Assembly: GCA_905207625.1 (NCBI GenBank) | Contig: CAJLLT010000001.1 | Span: forward strand, 8,577 to 72,576 | Direction of reading: 5' to 3' | DNA: 64,000 nucleotides | From: an uncultured Eubacteriales bacterium | GTDB taxonomy: Bacteria > Bacillota > Clostridia > Oscillospirales > UBA644 | The notes under the pieces: generated by a model | Databases searched by the model: none | What the model was told of the DNA's origin: nothing | The model's input: only the letters and a program-made list of their open reading frames with translations | Position numbers and translations under genes: made by a program | Shown here: one piece after another, positions 36,543 to 45,617 of the stretch | Layout: each line of letters starts with the position of its first letter | Position numbering within the stretch: position 1 is the first letter of the stretch

Positions 36543-37375
36543 TGATCTGGCTTTTTATCGCTCTTCTTGTTATTGCGGCTCTTTTTTTCCTCTGGCTTTT
36601 TGCCATATCTCCCTCCTCAGACTGCAAAGAAAAATTTGCGCCGTTCAAAGGAGTTGAATTTGCCCACAGAGGACTCCACGGTGACGATGTGCCCGAAAAC
36701 AGTCCCGAAGCCTTCCGCCGTGCGGTTGACGCCGGTTATGGCATAGAACTTGACGTTCATATCACCGCCGACGGCAAGCTTGTGGTATTTCATGACAATG
36801 ACACTTCCCGTATGTGCGGGGAAAAACTTCTCATAGAAAAAAGCCGTTACGACGAACTGAGCCCCCTTCGTCTGGCGGGAACAGATGAACATATTCCCCT
36901 GTTTTCCGAGGTCCTTGATATTGTTGACGGTAAGGTTCCGCTGCTGGTGGAAATAAAAACGGTATCTACCGAAACCGCCCCTTGTCTTCCGGTATCGGAA
37001 ACGATGAAGGAATATCATGGACAGTGGTGTATGGAGAGCTTCAATCCCTTTGCAGTGCGCTGGTTCAGCAGGAACAGACCCGACATATGCCGCGGACAGC
37101 TTTCGTCGAAAATCCCTGTTATAGGACACGGTCTCGGCGGCAGGATTTCCGGTTTTCTGCTCTCGAATCTGCTGACAAACTTCCTTGCGCGCCCCGATTT
37201 TATCGCATATGACCTCAATTACCGGAACAATCCGTCCCTTACCCTCTGCCGGAAGCTTCTGTCCGCACCGGTGGCAGTATGGACTCCCCGGGGAGACAGG
37301 GAAAGAAAGCTTGCCTCAGATCTCGGCTGGTACAGCGCGTTTATATTTGAAAAGAATCCCCTCAGGCAAAAATAA
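36542..37375 (+). CDS. membrane-anchored glycerophosphodiester phosphodiesterase family protein
   Basis: N-terminal TM helix followed by FAHRGL...ENSPEAFRRA...GIELDVH...VVFHD GDPD motifs; start overlaps the MFS stop (TGATG). Confidence 0.85.
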   Translation: MIWLFIALLVIAALFFLWLFAISPSSDCKEKFAPFKGVEFAHRGLHGDDVPENSPEAFRRAVDAGYGIELDVHITADGKLVVFHDNDTSRMCGEKLLIEKSRYDELSPLRLAGTDEHIPLFSEVLDIVDGKVPLLVEIKTVSTETAPCLPVSETMKEYHGQWCMESFNPFAVRWFSRNRPDICRGQLSSKIPVIGHGLGGRISGFLLSNLLTNFLARPDFIAYDLNYRNNPSLTLCRKLLSAPVAVWTPRGDRERKLASDLGWYSAFIFEKNPLRQK

Positions 37376-37485
37376 CAGCTAAAAGGAGTCCTTCGGGACT
37401 CCTTTTCTGTATGGCAGGACGATTGACTTTTTGACGGATCTGTGATATACTCCGTATTGAAATAAAGAAGAAGGCGGCTGAACCT

Positions 37486-38799
37486 ATGAAAAAAACAAAA
37501 CTTCCCGCAAAGTTCTGGATTGCGCTCACGGTATTCAGTCTTATAGGCCAGATAGCCTGGGTCGTGGAAAATATGTATCTGAACGTTTTCATTTACAAAA
37601 TGTTCAACGCCTCGGCATCGGATATTTCCCTAATGGTTGCGGCAAGCGCCGTCGCGGCGACCGTCACGACCCTGATAATAGGTGCTCTTTCGGACAAAGT
37701 CGGGAAAAGAAAGATATTTATCTGCGGCGGTTACATAGCCTGGGGAATTTCCATCTGGAGTTTCGCGCTCATACGCACTGATGTAATCGAAAAGCTCTTT
37801 CCCTCTGCTGTTTCCGCAATGTCGGTGGGTGTTTCGGCGGTTATAATCATGGACTGCGTCATGACGTTTTTCGGTTCCTCAGCAAACGATGCCTGCTTCA
37901 ACGCATGGCTGACCGATTCCACCGACTCTACAAACAGAGGTTCCGCGGAAGGCATAAACGCCATGATGCCGCTCGTTGCCATTCTCGCGGTATTCGGAGG
38001 CTTCATGCCGTTTGATCTCAGCAGATCCGACAGCTGGACCACTATCTACACCATCATAGGCACCGTGGTTCTCGCAGCCGGAATACTTGGAATATTCCTT
38101 ATCAAAGATCCCGTTACCGGAACCGGAAGTGACGGTAATTATTTCAGAAATATTTTCTACGGTTTCCGTCCCTCGGTCATCAGGGAAAACAGAATACTTT
38201 ATTTAACCCTCGCCGCATTCGCCGTTTTCGGTATATCCATACAGATATTCATGCCCTACCTGATCCTTTACTATAATGTGTCCCTGGGGATGGAAAACTA
38301 TGTTCTTATAATGGCTCCTGCTATAATCATAGCGGCGGCAGTCACGCTTTTCTATGGCAGGATTTATGACAAATACGGTTTCAGACGGTCTGTCATACCT
38401 GTTCTGGGTATGCTTTCGGCGGGATATATAATTCTGTTCTTTTTCCGGCAGACGGTCCCAGTATTTATCGGTTCGCTTCTTATGATGTGCGGTTATCTTT
38501 CCGGTATGACGGTTTTCGGGGCAATGCTGAGGGATTACACCCCGCCCCACAGAGCCGGGATGTTTCAGGGGCTGCGCATAGTGGGACAGGTTCTTATACC
38601 CGGAATAATCGGTCCGGCAATAGGCGCGGCTGTGCTCCGCAACGCGGGGAAAACCGTCAATGACGACGGAACAAGCTCCTTTATTCCCAACGAGAACATA
38701 TTTCTCGCCGCACTTGTGGCTGCTGCTGTTGCGATACCGATACTGCTGGCGGTATCCGGACTTCTGAAAAAGGAGAGAAAAAATGAAGAAATACGCTGA
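37486..38799 (+). CDS. MFS transporter
   Basis: 437 aa, 12-TM profile, GALSDKVGKRK loop. Confidence 0.8.
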   Translation: MKKTKLPAKFWIALTVFSLIGQIAWVVENMYLNVFIYKMFNASASDISLMVAASAVAATVTTLIIGALSDKVGKRKIFICGGYIAWGISIWSFALIRTDVIEKLFPSAVSAMSVGVSAVIIMDCVMTFFGSSANDACFNAWLTDSTDSTNRGSAEGINAMMPLVAILAVFGGFMPFDLSRSDSWTTIYTIIGTVVLAAGILGIFLIKDPVTGTGSDGNYFRNIFYGFRPSVIRENRILYLTLAAFAVFGISIQIFMPYLILYYNVSLGMENYVLIMAPAIIIAAAVTLFYGRIYDKYGFRRSVIPVLGMLSAGYIILFFFRQTVPVFIGSLLMMCGYLSGMTVFGAMLRDYTPPHRAGMFQGLRIVGQVLIPGIIGPAIGAAVLRNAGKTVNDDGTSSFIPNENIFLAALVAAAVAIPILLAVSGLLKKERKNEEIR

Positions 38800-40483
38800 G
38801 TTGTGGACGGAGCAGGGACGAAACATAACGTCCCGACCGTGGCAGGAATATCCCCGCCCGACACTTAAAAGGGATTCTTTTTTCAGCCTCAACGGGTACT
38901 GGGATTTTGCAGTGACAGACAAAAACAAAGACCCTGAAAATTACGACCGGCGGATACTTGTCCCCTTTGCCCCGGAGACTCTCCTTTCGGGAATACATGA
39001 GGTTTTCGGAGAGGATAAAACTCTTTGTTACCGCAAAACATTCTCTCTTCCCGAGGACTTTCTGCGTACAAGGACCATTCTTCATTTCGGTGCGGCAGAT
39101 CAGACAGCCGAAGTTTTTTTCAACGGCACACGCCTGGGCTCCCACACCGGCGGATATTTCCCCTTTTCCTTTGACGTGACACAGCTGCTGAAACCTGAAA
39201 ACACCGTTACGGTCAGGGTCACGGACGAACTGAGCCGGCATATCCAGCCCTACGGAAAACAACGGCGGAAAAGAGGCGGAATGTGGTATACTCCCGTTTC
39301 CGGGATCTGGCAGACGGTATGGCTGGAAAGCGTCCCGGAGGAATATATCCGCTCCGCAGACATAAAAACAGAGGGAAACCGGGTCAGTATGGTATTTGAC
39401 GGGGTCAGGACAGGAACAGTTTCGGTAGTCACCCCCGAAGGCAGACTGAGCATCCCGTTTTCGGACGGCTGCGCTGAATTCGAGGTGGCGGACCCGCAAC
39501 TGTGGTCTCCGGAATCCCCGTACCTGTACCGTGCCACGGTTGAATCCGGGCAGGACCGGATAGAAACATATTTTGCCTTCCGTACCCTGGAAATAAAAAC
39601 AGTTGGAGGCTTTCCGAGGCTGTGTCTCAACGGAAAACCGTACTTTTTCCACGGAGTCCTGGATCAGGGCTATTACAGTGACGGACTGTTCACTCCCGCA
39701 ACCCCTGTTCTTTACCGGAAAGACATTCTGAAGATGAAGGAGCTCGGATTCAACACCCTGCGCAAACACATAAAGGTTGAACCGGAACTCTTCTACTATG
39801 CCTGCGATGAACTGGGAATGATAGTTTTTCAGGATATGGTCAACAACGGAAAGTATTCTTTTTTCCGGGACACCGCCCTACCAACCGTCGGGATAAAAAA
39901 ACTTGACGACCGGCGGATGCACAGAAATCCTCAAACAAGGAAAGCGTTCACTGTTGCCATGGAACAGACCATGCAAATGACTGACAAGCACCCATCGGTA
40001 TGCTATTACACCATTTTCAATGAAGGCTGGGGTCAGTTTGACGGACAGTCAATGTACAGAAAGGCTAAAAGTGCGGACTCTTCCCGGTTTACGGACACGG
40101 CTTCGGGCTGGTTCCGCGGAGCGGACAGCGACGTGGAAAGCATACATATTTACTTCAGACCCGTGGTCATTCCCGAAAGCGACAAGCCGATAGTCCTTTC
40201 GGAATTCGGAGGATATTCCTACAAGCCGGAGGGACACGTCTTCAATGAGGAAAAGACCTATGGCTATCGCTTCTTTTCTGATAGGAACGAATTCATGGAT
40301 GAGCTTGAAAAGCTGTATCTTGAAAAGATAATTCCTGCAAAGGAAAAAGGCCTTTGCGCCGCAATTTACACCCAGCTCTCCGATGTCGAGGATGAAACAA
40401 ACGGTCTTCTCAGCTATGACCGGGCTGTATGTAAGGTCGACGGGGAAAGAATGAGAGCCATAGCGGAAAGGCTGAAAGAATAA
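38783..40483 (+). CDS. glycoside hydrolase family 2 protein (beta-galactosidase/beta-glucuronidase-like, short form)
   Basis: Sugar-binding N-terminus, then a TIM barrel with NTLRKH, acid/base-like FNEGWG and nucleophile-like LSEFGGY; 17-nt overlap with the MFS gene. Confidence 0.8.
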   Translation: MKKYAELWTEQGRNITSRPWQEYPRPTLKRDSFFSLNGYWDFAVTDKNKDPENYDRRILVPFAPETLLSGIHEVFGEDKTLCYRKTFSLPEDFLRTRTILHFGAADQTAEVFFNGTRLGSHTGGYFPFSFDVTQLLKPENTVTVRVTDELSRHIQPYGKQRRKRGGMWYTPVSGIWQTVWLESVPEEYIRSADIKTEGNRVSMVFDGVRTGTVSVVTPEGRLSIPFSDGCAEFEVADPQLWSPESPYLYRATVESGQDRIETYFAFRTLEIKTVGGFPRLCLNGKPYFFHGVLDQGYYSDGLFTPATPVLYRKDILKMKELGFNTLRKHIKVEPELFYYACDELGMIVFQDMVNNGKYSFFRDTALPTVGIKKLDDRRMHRNPQTRKAFTVAMEQTMQMTDKHPSVCYYTIFNEGWGQFDGQSMYRKAKSADSSRFTDTASGWFRGADSDVESIHIYFRPVVIPESDKPIVLSEFGGYSYKPEGHVFNEEKTYGYRFFSDRNEFMDELEKLYLEKIIPAKEKGLCAAIYTQLSDVEDETNGLLSYDRAVCKVDGERMRAIAERLKE

Positions 40484-40551
40484 GTTCAGCCGAGCCGGGC
40501 CGTTTTTGTCCTTTTATCCACATGAATCCGAAATATTTGTAAAAAACCCTC

Positions 40552-40580
40552 TTGCATTTTTCAGCGATCCATGCTATAAT
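40552..40580 (+). promoter_or_regulatory. sigma-A promoter for the 5'-nucleotidase gene
   Basis: TTGCAT, 17 nt, TATAAT; leaves a leader of about 150 nt. Confidence 0.6.
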
Positions 40581-40737
40581 GGAGCAGGAAAATATAAAAG
40601 GCTTCCGGGCCGATACCGGAATGCCGGAACAGCAGCGTTTGAACGGGAGGGCCTCCGCGGAATGCGGCAAAGAAACAGGTAGTAAGGAAGACGTAATCAA
40701 ACCGGTAATACCGGTCAAATAATAGGAGGAAACGACT

Positions 40738-42447
40738 ATGAAAAAACGACTTCTGGCTGTTCTTCTGACGCTGTGTATGGTTATCAGCATCACGGTGTTG
40801 CCCATGTTCGCCGCCGGCGAATACGAAGGCAAAACGGTGATAATCCATACCAACGACGTTCACGGCGCTATTGAAGAATACGCCAAGATCGCCGCTCTTA
40901 AAGCCGACTATGAGGCGGCGGGAGCGAAGGTTCTGCTTGTTGACGCCGGGGACTACTCCCAGGGCACAACGTACGTCAGCACCACAAAGGGTGCCGATGC
41001 CGTCACCATGATGAACGCAGTAGGCTACAACTACATAACCATAGGAAATCACGAGTTTGACTATGGCTATGCCCAACTCAGGGAAAACCTTGCCGCGTTC
41101 AAGGGAACTGTTCTCTGCGCCGATGTTCTTGATGAGACCGGCAAAACTATTTTCGACGGTTCCGCTATGACTGAGATCGGCGGTGTAAAGATCGGCTTTG
41201 TGGGACTTGAAACTCCCGAAAGCCAGACAAAGGCAAATCCCGCCCTTATCAAAGGACTCAGATTCCTGGCTGCGGAAGAAATGCACAAAGCGGCTCAGGC
41301 AGAGGTGGATAAACTCCGAACCGCAGGAGCGGACGTTATCGTAATACTGTCCCATCTGGGCGTTGATTCAAGCTCCACCCCCAATACATCCTACGAACTG
41401 TATGCCGCACTGAAAAACGTTGATTTCGTTATCGACGGACATTCACACACCGTCATGACCGAATACGGAGAAGAGAAACTCCCCATTCAGTCTACCGGAA
41501 GTTCCCTTGCCAATGCCGGTATAATCGTCATAGATAACGCCACAAAGAAAATTGAGAAAAACGAACTGGTCGATCTGAAGGCTTACGAAAAGTCCGACGA
41601 GACCGTTGCCGCGGCTGCGAAGGTAATTGTTGACCGCGTAAACGCGGAATACAACGTAAAGTTTGCCGAGAGCAAAGTGGATCTCAACGGAGACAAACAG
41701 CCCGGTAACCGCACAGAAGAAACAAACCTCGGTGACCTTATTACCGACGCTATGGTCTGGAAGATAAAGCAGACCTCCGATTCCCTTACCGTTCCCGAGA
41801 CCAATATAGTTGCAATAACCAACGGCGGCGGTATCCGTGCCTGGATCCGTACCGGGGATATTACCAAAAAAGACGTGAACACCGTTCTCCCCTTCGGAAA
41901 CACTCTCGCCGTTGTTTACGTTACAGGCGATCAGCTGCTTGAAGCTCTGGAGGCATCTACCTTCTGCACCCCCGAATCCCTGGGAGGCTTCCCTCAGGTC
42001 GCTGGAATGAAATTCTCCGTCAACACGGCGGTTGAATACGATAAGGAAGACCAGACTTACCCCGGTTCCACCTACTACGGGCCCAAGAGCATCAAGCGCG
42101 TCACCATCACCGAGATTAACGGCAAACCCTTTGATAAGAACGCAAAATATGCCGTTATAACCAATAACTTCGTCGCCGCCGGCGGTGATACTTACTACGC
42201 ATTCGCAAGTGCAAACGAGCAGTTCGACACGGGACTGGTCCTTGATGAGGTCGTTATGGAGTACATCACCGCTCAGCTCAACGGTGTTGTTGACGAAACC
42301 TATGCAAAGCCTCAGGGCAGGATTACCGTCTGCGACAATCCTCCCACCGGAGACTTCAACGTAACAGTGAATCTGTACGCCCTCGTTGCCGCTGCCGCTC
42401 TGGCAATGACGGTTGTCTGTGTCGCGAAAAAGAAACAGAACGGCTGA
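40738..42447 (+). CDS. secreted bifunctional metallophosphatase/5'-nucleotidase with a C-terminal sorting-signal-like anchor
   Basis: Signal peptide; HTNDVHG and GNHEFDYG metallophosphatase motifs; C-terminal NPPTG followed by a hydrophobic helix and KKKQNG. Confidence 0.85.
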   Translation: MKKRLLAVLLTLCMVISITVLPMFAAGEYEGKTVIIHTNDVHGAIEEYAKIAALKADYEAAGAKVLLVDAGDYSQGTTYVSTTKGADAVTMMNAVGYNYITIGNHEFDYGYAQLRENLAAFKGTVLCADVLDETGKTIFDGSAMTEIGGVKIGFVGLETPESQTKANPALIKGLRFLAAEEMHKAAQAEVDKLRTAGADVIVILSHLGVDSSSTPNTSYELYAALKNVDFVIDGHSHTVMTEYGEEKLPIQSTGSSLANAGIIVIDNATKKIEKNELVDLKAYEKSDETVAAAAKVIVDRVNAEYNVKFAESKVDLNGDKQPGNRTEETNLGDLITDAMVWKIKQTSDSLTVPETNIVAITNGGGIRAWIRTGDITKKDVNTVLPFGNTLAVVYVTGDQLLEALEASTFCTPESLGGFPQVAGMKFSVNTAVEYDKEDQTYPGSTYYGPKSIKRVTITEINGKPFDKNAKYAVITNNFVAAGGDTYYAFASANEQFDTGLVLDEVVMEYITAQLNGVVDETYAKPQGRITVCDNPPTGDFNVTVNLYALVAAAALAMTVVCVAKKKQNG

Positions 42448-42497
42448 GTATACGCATTGATTAAAATACAGTCCTCTATCCAATAAGATAATTATCA

Positions 42498-42528
42498 GCC
42501 GCCGGACAGAGTTGTCCGGCGGCTTTTT
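42498..42528 (+). terminator. intrinsic terminator after the 5'-nucleotidase gene
   Basis: GCCGCCGGACA / TGTCCGGCGGC stem followed by T5. Confidence 0.8.
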
Positions 42529-42608
42529 CCGGGCTGAAAAGGACTTCCGTCGGAACTGTTGTCCACGGTTCAGCCGTCACACCCCGGAAATAAGGGAAAG
42601 GAGAAGAA

Positions 42609-43253
42609 ATGATAAAGGATTTTCTGAACAGAAATAAACCACTGTTGCTGCTTTTGCTTTTTATCCCGAAGATCCTGATCTATTTCCTGACATCCCGCAT
42701 CGGAGTCCCCCGAACCGATATAGTATGCGGTCTCGACGGCCTTATCCCCTTTGTGCCCCTGTTCATTTTTCCGTATATTCTCTGGTATGCGTATGTGCCT
42801 GCGATTCTTGTCATTTCGTATTTTGCGGACAAAAAAGGTTTCTGCCGGAGATGCGCCGCATTCTTCGTCGGTGCGGGGATCTGCCTGATAATAATGATAA
42901 TTTTTCCGACAAAGATTTCTTTTCGCCCGGATGTTGAAGCGAACGGGATCGCAGAGTGGATATGCAGCATGATCTTCTCTGCCGACAGTCCGGTAAATGT
43001 CCTGCCCAGTCTGCACTGCTATGAAGCGCTTTGCGCTCATTTACTGCTGTTTTCAATACCCGGCCCGGGAAAAAAAGCTCCATGGCGTGCGGCAAGCGCG
43101 GTTTTTGCCGTTCTCGCCTGTCTTTCCACTGTTTTTGTAAAACAGCATTCAGTTCTTGACCTTTTCACCGGATGTGCCATAGCTCTGATTGTGGCTTTGC
43201 CGGTAATGATGACCAGTAGAAGGAGTTCCGTGAATGATAATCAGACCGTTTAA
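42609..43253 (+). CDS. PAP2-superfamily membrane protein (PAP2_C/sphingomyelin-synthase-like type)
   Basis: 6-TM profile; PSLH (C2-like) and KQHSVLD (C3-like HxxxD) motifs. Confidence 0.6.
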   Translation: MIKDFLNRNKPLLLLLLFIPKILIYFLTSRIGVPRTDIVCGLDGLIPFVPLFIFPYILWYAYVPAILVISYFADKKGFCRRCAAFFVGAGICLIIMIIFPTKISFRPDVEANGIAEWICSMIFSADSPVNVLPSLHCYEALCAHLLLFSIPGPGKKAPWRAASAVFAVLACLSTVFVKQHSVLDLFTGCAIALIVALPVMMTSRRSSVNDNQTV

Positions 43254-43983
43254 TTTCCCGCACTTAATGCTTCTTGCCTGTGCCGTTGCCGCGGTAGTTA
43301 TTATCAGAATTATACTCCGTAAGGCAAATGAAAGCACACGGAAGTGGACCGTTATCGCTATATGCGGACTGAACATAATAGCGTTTTTTATTTACAAAGC
43401 GGCATTATCCGCTGATACGGAATTCCTCGACGCCGCCGGAATAACCCAATTCAACTGGTTCAACGAGCTGCCCATACAGCTCTGCAATATCAACATGTTT
43501 CTTATCCCCATAGGATTGATTACCGGGAAACGGGGGCTGCTCGGTTTTTCTTTCTTCGTAGCACCACTCGGGGCTCTTATGGCGGTGTTTTTCCCCGAGC
43601 CGGCATTTACCGGATTCCCCCTGACTATACCCAGGATTATGGGATTTTACGGAACGCACCTGCTTATCTTTGTCTGCGCCCTGAGCCTTGCGACCCTCGG
43701 TCTTTACCGCCCCAGGCTTAAAGATTTTCCGCAGATACTCATAACATTTATCATCCTTTCCGTAGTCATGCACGGGGTAAATCTTATTCTGAGAGCAACC
43801 GTATGTCCCTTTGCCAATTATTTTTTCACATTCCATGCGGATATAAGCATTCTCAACCTGTTCTGGAGCTGGATACCCGTTCCCCTGTTGTACCTTTTAC
43901 CTGGACTTGCGATACTTCTGGCATATATGGGACTGGTCTCTCTTTTCTTTGTCATTCCGGATGCGATAAGGAAAAAAAGCTGA
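43234..43983 (+). CDS. integral membrane protein, YwaF/TIGR02206-like
   Basis: 249 aa, 7-8 TM helices; 20-nt overlap with the PAP2 gene. The family call rests on length and topology resemblance only. Confidence 0.4.
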   Translation: MIIRPFNFPHLMLLACAVAAVVIIRIILRKANESTRKWTVIAICGLNIIAFFIYKAALSADTEFLDAAGITQFNWFNELPIQLCNINMFLIPIGLITGKRGLLGFSFFVAPLGALMAVFFPEPAFTGFPLTIPRIMGFYGTHLLIFVCALSLATLGLYRPRLKDFPQILITFIILSVVMHGVNLILRATVCPFANYFFTFHADISILNLFWSWIPVPLLYLLPGLAILLAYMGLVSLFFVIPDAIRKKS

Positions 43984-44017
43984 TCCGTCCGGATGCTGTT
44001 CAGATAAAACAAAAAGT

Positions 44018-44048
44018 CAGACTCCGACGGAACTGTTTTCGGAGTCTG
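44018..44048. terminator. bidirectional terminator between convergent genes
   Basis: CAGACTCCG / CGGAGTCTG stem flanked by an A-run and a T-rich tract. Confidence 0.65.
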
Positions 44049-44083
44049 GCTTTAATTATAACAGATACATATATCCTCCGGAA

Positions 44084-44989
44084 TTACTTTCCGGAAACCT
44101 TACGTTGAGTAAAAGCAACGGCTCCCACCGCAATAACCGCAACAACTGCCACAGCGATGAATATTACAGAGTTTCCGCCGTCTGCGGAGGGCTTTGCTCT
44201 GTCTGTGGCGGGAGAGGTGGAAGGCTGAGTCGGATCAGGTCTGCGTTCGGCGAGAACAACAAGGTTTTCTGACGGGGAGTGGCTGTGGAATATTCCACGG
44301 GCTGCCCCCTCATCCTCCGTTGACCATCTGTCGTCTATCTCCAGCTGAACCCCGACCTTGCTACCGGCAGTTTCGCCGTTTTTCAGAGGGAAGGCGACCT
44401 CAACGCTGTACAGATCCTCTCCTATTATGTATGAGCCCCATTCGGAGCTGTCCTTGATGCTGTACCGGTCCTGAACTCCTCGTTTATAGTGCTCCTTTGC
44501 GCCCAGTCCGTAAGCGGCAATGTGAACGGAACGCTCTATGCGGTCGCCGAGATATACGAAAATCTCCGCCCCGTCGTTGTTCCAGGGCCAGTTGCTTTTG
44601 TTCCACCACTCCTGGCTCATTGAGCAAAGAGTCTTGTCCCGGACCACGCAGCAGACATAAAGCCAGGACTCATCATAAAGAAGAAAAGCAACGCCTTCGG
44701 TCCGGGCAGTCTTTTCCATCGGTTCGCGGTCATCAGGGTATCCCTCTGTGCCCGGAGCAAGATAAACGCAGTAACTTGAAAGATAAGCCTCATCAAGCTT
44801 TCCGTCCACCACGGGAGTACCGAAAAGGATCTGTTTCTCATCGGACCGGGGTAGCCCTTCCCTGAAAAAATCGGGAGTATCAGTACCCGGAGAGGAAAAC
44901 GTCTGAGCAGACAAAGAAACACAACTTATTGAAAAGATCACGGCAATGACTGCCAGGAAGGAAACGGCACGACTTACGTTTATTTTCAT
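44084..44989 (-). CDS. secreted CBM9/DOMON-like carbohydrate-binding protein with a C-terminal TM anchor
   Basis: Signal peptide from the ATG at 44989 (AAAGGAG SD); VVDGKLDEAY motif typical of CBM9-like domains; Pro/Ser/Thr linker followed by a TM helix. Confidence 0.55.
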   Translation of the reverse strand: MKINVSRAVSFLAVIAVIFSISCVSLSAQTFSSPGTDTPDFFREGLPRSDEKQILFGTPVVDGKLDEAYLSSYCVYLAPGTEGYPDDREPMEKTARTEGVAFLLYDESWLYVCCVVRDKTLCSMSQEWWNKSNWPWNNDGAEIFVYLGDRIERSVHIAAYGLGAKEHYKRGVQDRYSIKDSSEWGSYIIGEDLYSVEVAFPLKNGETAGSKVGVQLEIDDRWSTEDEGAARGIFHSHSPSENLVVLAERRPDPTQPSTSPATDRAKPSADGGNSVIFIAVAVVAVIAVGAVAFTQRKVSGK

Positions 44990-45152
44990 GGGACAGGCTC
45001 CTTTCGGTTTCATATCATCATTTTATCATAGTGAAAACCCTAAAGCAAGGATAAAAGTGTGACAAAATCCGAAACTGTGGGATGCAATAACCGCAATCGG
45101 AGACCGGACAGGCGGAAAACAAAAAGTTGCGGATATTTTAACATTTACCCCC

Positions 45153-45181
45153 TTGCATTTCAGGTAAAAATATGCTATTAT
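45153..45181 (+). promoter_or_regulatory. sigma-A promoter for tRNA-Arg
   Basis: TTGCAT, 17 nt, TATTAT; about 18 nt upstream of the mature 5' end. Confidence 0.6.
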
Positions 45182-45205
45182 ATATAAGCTCAATTAATTG
45201 AGTAC

Positions 45206-45282
45206 GCGTTGTTAGCTCAGCTGGATAGAGTGACTGGCTACGAACCAGTAGGTCGAGGGTTCGAGTCCCCCACAGCGCACCA
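45206..45282 (+). tRNA. tRNA-Arg (anticodon ACG), CCA encoded
   Basis: Cloverleaf folded by hand: 7-bp acceptor stem, D arm GCTC/GAGT, anticodon loop CTACGAA, T loop TTCGAGT; close to E. coli tRNA-Arg(ACG) as recalled. Confidence 0.9.
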
Positions 45283-45290
45283 AAAATGAT

Positions 45291-45322
45291 AACCCACCGA
45301 GAAATCGGTGGGTTGTTTTTTT
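45291..45322 (+). terminator. intrinsic terminator after tRNA-Arg
   Basis: AACCCACCGA / TCGGTGGGTT stem with a GAAA loop, followed by GTTTTTTT. Confidence 0.85.
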
Positions 45323-45617
45323 GTACGTTCCACTGCTCAACAAAGGGTTTTATCATGTCCGCAAAAACGTGAATCACCTGAAAAGAAAAGACTGGGATAT
45401 CCGACCGTTCCGTATTTTCTCCCGCTTATGACCGTGCATATTTCTGTTGTGTCTATCCCTGTCCCCTGAAATACAGACTTATCCGGAGCTCCGCAGATAC
45501 AGTTTCCGAACACATATTTCATCTTTCCCGGAATCAATCACCAAAGTCCTTTTTATTGGACATGGAATATTGTATAATAAAGACACAAAGGAAATCGGAA
45601 ACGGGAGAAAGAGAAAA

